In this document: positions 7,589-14,700 of the stretch, in pieces
How positions within the stretch are numbered: position 1 is the stretch's first letter
Layout of the letters: every line of letters starts with the position of its first letter
Assembly (NCBI GenBank): GCA_964236955.1
Contig: CAXSGP010000093.1
Coordinates: 1-18,606 of the forward strand
Direction: 5' to 3'
Source: an uncultured Oligoflexus sp.
Lineage (GTDB): Bacteria > Bdellovibrionota_B > Oligoflexia > Oligoflexales > Oligoflexaceae
DNA length: 18,606 nt
Made by a program: the position numbers and the translations under genes
The notes under the pieces: model-generated
What the model was told of the DNA's origin: nothing
Databases searched by the model: none
What the model saw: the letters and a program-made list of their open reading frames with translations, nothing else

Positions 7589-8914
7589 TTAGAGCATGGT
7601 GCCGGAGAGTATGATTTTCGCGAGTGTAAAATAAATGACCAGCCCTGATACGTCGACAAGAGTCGCGACAAAGGGTGCTGATGCGCTAGCCGGATCGAGC
7701 TTAAATTTACTCAGGATCAAAGGCAGCATGGAACCCGAAAGCGTCCCCCAAATCACGACTCCAACTAGACTCAAGGAGACCGTCAAAGCCAGTTTGAGAT
7801 AATGCTCGCCGTAGGAATGAAAGATATTTTCCCAGGCGATGATGCGGATCACACCGATCGTCGCCAGTATTCCTCCGAGGACCAAGCCGGAAATCATTTC
7901 CCTTTTAAAAACTTTCCACCAGTCGCGGAGACGAATTTCTTCAAGGGCCAAAGCTCGGATCACCAAGGTCGATGCCTGCGATCCCGAGTTGCCGCCGCTG
8001 CTTATGATCAAAGGGATAAACAAAGCAAGAATCACGGCGCGGGAAATCTCTTCCTCATAGTGCGCCATGGCGCTGGCAGTCAGCATTTCGCCGACAAAGA
8101 GTACGGCTAACCAGCCGGCCCGCTTTTTAATAAGGGACAATAGGGGTGTGTCCATATAAGGAACATCGAGTGCTTCCGATCCGCCAATTTTATGAATATC
8201 TTCGGTCGCCTCTTCCTGAACCACGTCGACGATGTCGTCGTGTGTGACAATACCTTTCATCCGGCCCGCTTCATCGACCACGGGGACCGCGACAAGGTCG
8301 TGATCGGCCATCAGTTTAGCGACATTGACCTGGTTCATCTTTTCATTGACGCTGACCACATCGGTACGCATGCGGCTTCGCACCGTATCGGTTTCCTTGG
8401 CAATAATAAGATCCCGAAAGGAAATGATGCCGAGCAGATGCTGGCTTTGATCGAGCACATAACAGTAGTAAAGACTCTCAAGATTAACCTGGGCCTGTTT
8501 ACGCAGATAGCTGATCGCCTCACGGACGCTGGCGTCCGGCCGAATCCTCGGAAAGCGGGGATTCATAAGTCCGCCAGCCTCATCCTCTTCATAGGCAAGC
8601 AGTCCCGCAACTTCAAAGCGGGCACTGTCGTCAAGCAGATCGATGAGGCTCCAACGCATCTCGACCGGCAGCGACTGCAAAACATCAGCGGTGTCGTCAG
8701 GGGCCAACGCCCGCAGCCATATACGCTTTTCACTGGTCGACAAAAATTCGACGAGAAAGGCCTGCTCGTGCGTCGACAGACCAAAAAACAGATCCCCGGC
8801 CTCACGCGGAGGCAAGGCTCGAAAAAACATCAGGCGTTCTTCGAGAGCGGTCTCGCTCCATCGCGTAAATAGCGTAGAGGCATGTTCTTGTTCATCTTGT
8901 GGGTCTAGGCTCAT
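7589..8914 (-). CDS. mgtE: Magnesium transporter MgtE
   Basis: N-domain, AGGLM, CBS pair, GNSGSQ, DPASASAPFVATLVDVSG. Start ATG 8914 follows AGGGG; the upstream in-frame extension looks non-protein-like. Confidence 0.96.
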   Translation of the reverse strand: MSLDPQDEQEHASTLFTRWSETALEERLMFFRALPPREAGDLFFGLSTHEQAFLVEFLSTSEKRIWLRALAPDDTADVLQSLPVEMRWSLIDLLDDSARFEVAGLLAYEEDEAGGLMNPRFPRIRPDASVREAISYLRKQAQVNLESLYYCYVLDQSQHLLGIISFRDLIIAKETDTVRSRMRTDVVSVNEKMNQVNVAKLMADHDLVAVPVVDEAGRMKGIVTHDDIVDVVQEEATEDIHKIGGSEALDVPYMDTPLLSLIKKRAGWLAVLFVGEMLTASAMAHYEEEISRAVILALFIPLIISSGGNSGSQASTLVIRALALEEIRLRDWWKVFKREMISGLVLGGILATIGVIRIIAWENIFHSYGEHYLKLALTVSLSLVGVVIWGTLSGSMLPLILSKFKLDPASASAPFVATLVDVSGLVIYFTLAKIILSGTML

Positions 8915-9145
8915 AGCGTCCCCCTGAAGTCTGCCATGCTTAGGACAACCTTCCGCTGCCGTCAAGATCTTTTGGTGCTTTGTTCTATTTAGCCTAAATT
9001 GACATGACATCATTCAGGCTTAAGGCTTGTCGATCGTCAACTAGGCCAAATGCTCTCTGGACGATCGTGCAAGCATCAGTGAAAATAGAAAGATAGTTCG
9101 CTATTTTTAACCAGTGACACTCTATTTTGGAAGAGAATAAATTCT

Positions 9146-10927
9146 ATGAGCGAGGAAAGATCGGCTTTGGTTATGCCCGATGTCAATCAACCGAGCTTTG
9201 ATCAGCTGCAAAAGCTGCTCGATGTGTGCCGTTTTATGGGCAAGGAAAAAAACCTCGATAGTCTTCTCGTCTATATTGCCGAACAGGGTCGCAAAGCGCT
9301 GAACGCCGACCGCTGCTCGATTTTTCTCCTGGACGAGGAACAGGGCGAAATATGGTCTAAGGTCCAGCTCGGTGAAAGTGAGATCATAAGGTTTCCGCGG
9401 GGCGCGGGAATTGCCGGTAAAACAATCGAGATCGGCCGCTCGATCCTGATCCAGGACGCCTATTCCGATACCCTCTTTAATCCTGAAATCGATCGGGTTA
9501 CCGGCTACCGGACCCGCAATATTCTTTGTGTACCAATGGCCAATCTCGACGGCCGGACCATTGGTTGCCTGCAGGCTCTCAACAAACATGAGGGAGATTT
9601 CAGTGCCTCCGACGAGAGTTTTACCCTGGCTTTTGCCGCTCAAGCGGCGGTGGCGATCGAGTCCGCTTATCTCTATCAGGAGAAAGCCCGTATCATTCGT
9701 GACCTCTCCCACACGCAGGTGCGTCTCAAACAAAAACTCGACCAGCTGGAGGTTGTCCGGGAACTGGAACAGGCAGTCAATGAATCGGCTAACCTTTATG
9801 ACTTTATCAGTGCGGTGATTCGCAAAGCGGTTCGATCGATTGGCGCTGAAGTGGGTTGCCTTTTTATTCAATCGGAGAGTTCGGCTGGCTGGGATATATT
9901 TGCCGCCCGTATTCAAGAGGGTACCGCGGTTGTTCACTATACGGAGCAGACCCTTGAAAGTACCTATGGCAAAACCTTGCTTAAGGATGGCAAGGCATTG
10001 ATCGTGAATCGCTTAAACCGACAGGACAATTCACTCGACACGCTCAGCCGCAAACTGGGAGTGGTTTTTGAAAATATCCTGGCCGTGCCCATTCATCAGC
10101 CTACCGAACGTGATCCCAGCTACTCGCAAGGCATATTTAAGGTCTTCAATAAGCCCTCGGGATTTATGTACGAGGACTTATCCTTTTTACAGATCATCGG
10201 CGCGCAGATATTTTCGCTGATCGTGCGCAAGCAACTTGTCGATGCTAAAAAAAGGAGCGAAAATCTGGCATCAATTGGCCAGCTTTCCTCAACTATCATC
10301 CACGATCTTAAAAATCCCATCTCCGCCATTATCGGTTGCGCCGAGCTTCTGGAGGCCCGCGATACCATGACCGAGAAGCAACTCAATCGTATTTGCGGCA
10401 TTTTGCGAAATCAGGCCAATCGCTGCATCACGATGGTTGAGGAGCTCTTAAGTGTCGCGCGTGGTGAAAAGAAGTATCGGTTTGAAGTTCTCTCGCTGGC
10501 CGAGGTGCTTGGTGAAATGGAGGCCATGCTGCAGGCGGAAACCGAGCGGCTTCAGGTCAAACTCAAAATGAGCTGCAGTTACTTGGGAAAAGTACGTGTC
10601 GACAAAGCCAAGCTGATGCGGGTGATTTTTAATCTTACCAACAATTCGCTTGAAATCTTAAAATCGGGCGGCGAAATTTCCATAGAGGCCAAAGCGATTG
10701 ATCCCGCGATGGTGGAAATCAGTATCGCCGATAATGGCCCGGGAATGCCTCCCGAGCTGTCGGCGGTTCTCTTTCAGCCATTTGCTACCTTTGGCAAGAG
10801 TAAAGGCACCGGACTGGGACTTTATATTGCCAAGGAAATCATTGCGGAGCATGGCGGCACGATCGAGCTTGATGAATTTTATAAAGGTGGGGCCTGCTTT
10901 AAGATCTGCTTAAAGCAGGAGATCTGA
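9146..10927 (+). CDS. Cytoplasmic GAF-GAF sensor histidine kinase (orphan)
   Basis: Two GAF domains, H-box IIHDLKNP, N-box NLTNNS, DNGPGM, LFQPF and GTGLGL. No TM segment or receiver domain. Confidence 0.93.
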   Translation: MSEERSALVMPDVNQPSFDQLQKLLDVCRFMGKEKNLDSLLVYIAEQGRKALNADRCSIFLLDEEQGEIWSKVQLGESEIIRFPRGAGIAGKTIEIGRSILIQDAYSDTLFNPEIDRVTGYRTRNILCVPMANLDGRTIGCLQALNKHEGDFSASDESFTLAFAAQAAVAIESAYLYQEKARIIRDLSHTQVRLKQKLDQLEVVRELEQAVNESANLYDFISAVIRKAVRSIGAEVGCLFIQSESSAGWDIFAARIQEGTAVVHYTEQTLESTYGKTLLKDGKALIVNRLNRQDNSLDTLSRKLGVVFENILAVPIHQPTERDPSYSQGIFKVFNKPSGFMYEDLSFLQIIGAQIFSLIVRKQLVDAKKRSENLASIGQLSSTIIHDLKNPISAIIGCAELLEARDTMTEKQLNRICGILRNQANRCITMVEELLSVARGEKKYRFEVLSLAEVLGEMEAMLQAETERLQVKLKMSCSYLGKVRVDKAKLMRVIFNLTNNSLEILKSGGEISIEAKAIDPAMVEISIADNGPGMPPELSAVLFQPFATFGKSKGTGLGLYIAKEIIAEHGGTIELDEFYKGGACFKICLKQEI

Positions 10928-10954
10928 TCGCCAGGACTCCTTGACAACAGACAT

Positions 10955-10985
10955 AAAAAGTCGAGTTGCTGACATTCGACTCTTC
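10955..10985 (-). terminator. Probable intrinsic terminator, possibly bidirectional, between convergent genes
   Basis: AGTCGA...TCGACT stem. The minus strand continues into a T run; the plus strand continues CTT. Confidence 0.5.
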
Positions 10986-11104
10986 GCAGTTGGCAATAAA
11001 CAGCCTGCCCCGCCCCAAGCCTTCCCGAGTTCATACAGGATTGGCAAACAGCCGCCGCTTCCTTTAATGAACGACTGCCTCGCCCGGGCTTATTTCAAAC
11101 GGCT

Positions 11105-11518
11105 TTAATGTCCGGTGGCATTGGCCTGCCTTAGGATCTGTTCGGCATCGACGTATTCCAATTCGTCGATTTCCTTGGTAATGACGGCCGCAGCCTTGGC
11201 CTGGGCGATAAAGGGGTCGATCTTTATATGATGGTGAGTTTGTTTTTCCTTTTCGCGTGTTACAACCCGGCGGAGCGATTCGAAGGCCATATCAATCGAT
11301 TTATGCATGTCGTCGGATTTTTCTTCGACCTCCACGTGACTATTATTACGTGCATGTAGTCCTATGTGAACGGTATAGCTATCGTGGCTGACACTAAAGG
11401 TGACATGAATGGGGGTCGAAGTCTGGATCAAGGGCTCAAGTCCCACAAGCCTTTGTTCTATTTCGTATTTTAGGGCTTCCGAGCTGTCCATGTGCCGAAA
11501 ATAATACATAGTGTTCAT
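11105..11518 (-). CDS. hpf: Ribosome hibernation factor HPF/RaiA family with C-terminal extension
   Basis: FRHMDSSEALKYEIEQRL and SDDMHKSIDMAFESLRRVVTREKEK match the S30AE/HPF pattern. AAGGGGG RBS. Confidence 0.85.
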   Translation of the reverse strand: MNTMYYFRHMDSSEALKYEIEQRLVGLEPLIQTSTPIHVTFSVSHDSYTVHIGLHARNNSHVEVEEKSDDMHKSIDMAFESLRRVVTREKEKQTHHHIKIDPFIAQAKAAAVITKEIDELEYVDAEQILRQANATGH

Positions 11519-11578
11519 GTTTCCCCCTTTAAGAGCTTAAGCGATGAATGGGAGTTTCTAAGAACTCTTAGGAATTGT

Positions 11579-11594
11579 AGCAAATCCTGGACCA
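11579..11594 (-). promoter_or_regulatory. Sigma54 (-24/-12) promoter upstream of hpf
   Basis: Minus strand TGGTCCAGGATTTGCT has GG-N10-GC spacing (consensus TGGCACG-N4-TTGCW), 60 nt before the ATG. Confidence 0.6.
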
Positions 11595-11735
11595 CTTTCG
11601 AAAAGGATATGTCTGCCAAGGCAGGCTTGGGAGCTGGCGCCTTAAAATCACAAAAATGCCCGAGAGCTTTAAGCCTTCGGGTTTCCTGGCGACGATCGCT
11701 TTGATCATCAATTATTTTTGCGGATTTTAATCCCG

Positions 11736-12650
11736 TCAGTGGGCAGCGGTGGCGAGGCGTTTATTTTGCCACTTGCCGTAGGAGCGCTTGGCGGCTAAAA
11801 ATTCAGCATAAAAATTCTGGCTCGCGAAGCCGAAGGACGGGGAGCGATAGGAGAGGATCAGGTCGGCTAGGTTTGAGCTACCGAGTTGGGCGACGCCACG
11901 TTTTATTCCATTGGTTCCATGATTATAGGCCGTGATCGCCAGAGGCCAGTTTTTAAGACCCACGTAGTTGGCTTTCAAGATCTGGGCGGCGGCGACGGTT
12001 GCCAGCAAGGGGGAACTGCGTTCGTCGGTTTTGCGATTGACGGTGATATGGGGCCTTGCGGCATCGGGCATCAGCTGCCAGATGCCCGATGCCCCCACCT
12101 TGGAACGGGCCTTGAGATTAAACATCGATTCGACAAAGGGGATGCGGGTCAATTCGGGCGGCAGGCCGTGATCTTTAAAGATTTTTTCCATGCGCGGCAG
12201 ATAGAGCTGGGCTCGCAAGGCGGCACCGTGAAAGACATCCGCCAGCCCGATTTGGGTCCTAAGTTCGACGCGGCCCTTCAAAAGGCGGCTTTTACCGGCA
12301 CTGTCGTTGGCATAGAGTTTCCAGACCTTTCGATGCGCCTGGCTGAGATTGGCTGCCTCCTGACCCTGCTCGGCAAAGTCGCGAAGGATTTTGGAGAAGG
12401 CCTTGGGCCTTTGGTCGTCTTTAAGGACTTTGCTGTTGTCGACCACGCCTAGGATGACGTCAGGTGAATCTTTATCGTGGATCACCATCTGATCACTCGA
12501 ATAATTCGTAAAAATTTGTTCCCAGAACTTCACCTTGCGATCAAGCAAGGGACTCGACGGGAACAGTTCTTTGGCAGCGGCCTGAAAACTCGGCAGCAGG
12601 CTGCTCAGGATAAAGGCAAGGAACAGAGTCTGGATCGGGCGAGTTGTCAT
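11736..12650 (-). CDS. Lytic transglycosylase, SLT domain (MltD-like, no LysM)
   Basis: Signal peptide, catalytic IPFVESMFN, GASGIWQLM, AITAYNHG, FGFASQNFYAEFLAA. Confidence 0.92.
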   Translation of the reverse strand: MTTRPIQTLFLAFILSSLLPSFQAAAKELFPSSPLLDRKVKFWEQIFTNYSSDQMVIHDKDSPDVILGVVDNSKVLKDDQRPKAFSKILRDFAEQGQEAANLSQAHRKVWKLYANDSAGKSRLLKGRVELRTQIGLADVFHGAALRAQLYLPRMEKIFKDHGLPPELTRIPFVESMFNLKARSKVGASGIWQLMPDAARPHITVNRKTDERSSPLLATVAAAQILKANYVGLKNWPLAITAYNHGTNGIKRGVAQLGSSNLADLILSYRSPSFGFASQNFYAEFLAAKRSYGKWQNKRLATAAH

Positions 12651-12660
12651 GATTTTGGCC

Positions 12661-13086
12661 TTATTGCGCAGCAGAAGCGACTTTTTTCTTCATGCTTAAG
12701 TCTTTGTTTTTGATTTTTTTGCCATTGCCGAGATTCTGAAGGTCCATTTGCATGCTGACGAGAATGTTGCGAATGTCTTCGAGACGTTCGCCTTGCTCGG
12801 CGCTCCTGGCTTGTTTTTCAAAGGATGTTTTGATGGTCTTTTTCAACTGGCCGTCGACATAGCTAAAGCACTGGCCAGCGTAGTATTTGCGAAGTTCCGG
12901 GTTTTCATATTGAGCATGCTTGCGGCCGTAATAGTCGCCGTAGATGAAACCACCGGCAATTCCAAAGATCGAAATTACCGCGGCGAGGGCAATCGTCGCG
13001 AAAAAGAAAAAGGAACGCTGTTTATCCTCGCTCTGGTCTTCGTGAGAATAATCGTTGTCGAGATCGTCAATTGGTCGCTTAGACAT
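12661..13086 (-). CDS. Hypothetical single-pass membrane protein (141 aa)
   Basis: GGAG RBS, acidic N-terminus, one TM, helical/basic C-terminus. Ends 10 nt before the transglycosylase start. Confidence 0.75.
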   Translation of the reverse strand: MSKRPIDDLDNDYSHEDQSEDKQRSFFFFATIALAAVISIFGIAGGFIYGDYYGRKHAQYENPELRKYYAGQCFSYVDGQLKKTIKTSFEKQARSAEQGERLEDIRNILVSMQMDLQNLGNGKKIKNKDLSMKKKVASAAQ

Positions 13087-13099
13087 GTCATAACTCCAT

Positions 13100-13120
13100 A
13101 AAAAAATTGATAATTTTTTT
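13100..13120. promoter_or_regulatory. AT-rich inverted repeat next to the RBS
   Basis: AAAAAAATT-GAT-AATTTTTTT, perfect 9-bp arms. Confidence 0.3.
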
Positions 13121-13254
13121 CACAAGGAGTCAGGAGGGGCAACACATCTTGAACAGCTGGGAGAAACTAATTCCTTGAGTGCGCCCTGTTTAGCGCAAAA
13201 CTTTGGAGTATGGAAGCACAAAATGACGCGACTTGAGTCCTTCTTAAACTTTTT

Positions 13255-13635
13255 TCAAAAATTGGCCGCGAGCGCTATGTCCGGTTCCTGCAGGGGAAGC
13301 GAGCGATCCAATAATTCCTGCAGATAATCGCGGTTTTCCCCGTCGATCTCAATTATTCGTATAAGCATATGGCGGCTACCCACGGATTGCAGGTACTTGG
13401 CAAAGCCAAAGATCGTTCGGCCGCTGACTGAGTCTTTGATCCATATTTCCAGGAGCGAGGAGGGGTTATAGCCAGGCCTTTGCTCAGGATTGAGTTCAAC
13501 ACTGAGCTCCCAGCCCCTTATTGAGTCGACATGCATGAGAAAACGCGAGCGTGAGCCAATCGATTGAATGCCGAGTTCGGCACGAAGGGGAAAGGTAAAA
13601 CGGGGGTGACCCAAAAGCAATGCTTCACGGCGCAT
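13255..13635 (-). CDS. Small protein, PilZ-like (degenerate)
   Basis: Strong AAAGGAG RBS. HPRF followed by beta strands, DSIRGW in place of DxSxxG, and a terminal helix ENRDYLQELL typical of PilZ folds. Confidence 0.6.
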   Translation of the reverse strand: MRREALLLGHPRFTFPLRAELGIQSIGSRSRFLMHVDSIRGWELSVELNPEQRPGYNPSSLLEIWIKDSVSGRTIFGFAKYLQSVGSRHMLIRIIEIDGENRDYLQELLDRSLPLQEPDIALAANF

Positions 13636-13695
13636 AGCGGTCTCCTTTCAGAGCTGTCGCTTTCCAATATTAAAGTACAGGGTGTTACTATCAAC

Positions 13696-13722
13696 CTATC
13701 GGGGGCTCTGGTTAAAGCTTGA
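13696..13722 (-). promoter_or_regulatory. Sigma28 (FliA)-like promoter
   Basis: Minus strand TCAAGCTT-N11-CCCGATAG versus consensus TAAAGTTT-N11-GCCGATAA, with exact spacing. Confidence 0.55.
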
Positions 13723-13747
13723 ATGGGGGCGTAAAACACCCGCTATT

Positions 13748-14512
13748 TCATTTGCTTGCAGTTTCACTTGCAAGGTCGGTTACGAGGGGATTCATCGACT
13801 CACGAACTTTTTTGGGCAAAGTCTCGTCATGAATAAGATCCCGCAGATCACTGTCCTGCCAGAGGGTGCCTTCGCATTGGATCTGTCGCAAGTCCGCGGC
13901 AAAGGCTTTGACCCGGCTGAGGTTCGCCTGATTGAGCCGGGCCCGTCTGAGTTTGGCTTTATGGAGGATCGCTCCTTCGAGGTTGGCCTGGCTAAGGTTG
14001 CAGCCGGCGAGGTTTGCGGCGATGAAGGAACAGCCGGAAAGATTGCAGCCTTCGAGGTTGGCGGATCGGAGATCGACCCCATCAAAGCAGAAGGCTCTCA
14101 AATCGTTGCCCTTGAGATTGGCGCGACCAGCACCCAGGGGCTCGCTAGGCTGCAAGACTTGAGCGATCCAGCTTCGGTGCTCTTCCAGCAGGTGATCGAG
14201 TTCGGATTGATTGCGGATATTCACGGGTCGCGAGACGGGAATCTCGACATGTTTTTTGCCCCAAGGGCCCTGCATCTTTTGATTGAGAACGACCTCAGTC
14301 AACCAGACGGGATCGTGAAAGCGCTTTTCAAGCAGCGCAAGATCGACGATATCAAGCTTTTGCTCGGCGCTGAGGTCCCGGCTTTCAGGATTTTCTTCCA
14401 GGGCGGCGAGGAGCACTGCGGTCATTTCGGGATTCTTTTCCCACAGTCGCTCCTTCGATTCCTTGAGAGTCTTCTCCTTTCCCCTGGCTTTTTCGCTCTT
14501 AGGCTTCTCCAA
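13748..14512 (-). CDS. Pentapeptide repeat protein with N-terminal extension
   Basis: LLEEHRSW...GRANLKGNDL followed by tandem A(N/D)Lxx repeats. Likely start TTG 14512 after AGGAGA; alternative TTG 14536. Confidence 0.88.
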   Translation of the reverse strand: MEKPKSEKARGKEKTLKESKERLWEKNPEMTAVLLAALEENPESRDLSAEQKLDIVDLALLEKRFHDPVWLTEVVLNQKMQGPWGKKHVEIPVSRPVNIRNQSELDHLLEEHRSWIAQVLQPSEPLGAGRANLKGNDLRAFCFDGVDLRSANLEGCNLSGCSFIAANLAGCNLSQANLEGAILHKAKLRRARLNQANLSRVKAFAADLRQIQCEGTLWQDSDLRDLIHDETLPKKVRESMNPLVTDLASETASK

Positions 14513-14700
14513 TCCGTGTCTCCTCACAGCAGGCAATAAACCTTAGATTACCCATCGCGCGGCCATTGATCAAGTTGACCTTATTATCGTTAGCTTTGGC
14601 GCGACGATGCTGACCTTATGCAAGGAGCGTTTCCCTTTTTAAAAAAACCTGATTACACTGGTACCGTGTTTCGACCGAACCCTGTTCTGTGAGAGCGTAC

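Noticed and set aside
8915..9013. 33-aa N-terminal extension of MgtE in the ORF track
   Set aside because: ATG 8914 has an RBS and gives a normal MgtE length.
9122..9937. 271-aa minus-strand ORF, and similar antisense ORFs at 8192-8872 and 11886-12452
   Set aside because: They lie opposite well-supported genes and carry no recognisable motifs.
10990..11104. Degenerate repeats as a CRISPR remnant
   Set aside because: Too short, irregularly spaced and non-identical, with no cas genes.
13682..14539. 285-aa plus-strand ORF longer than the gene it overlaps
   Set aside because: Antisense shadow of the pentapeptide gene, which has the recognisable repeats and RBS. No motif of its own.
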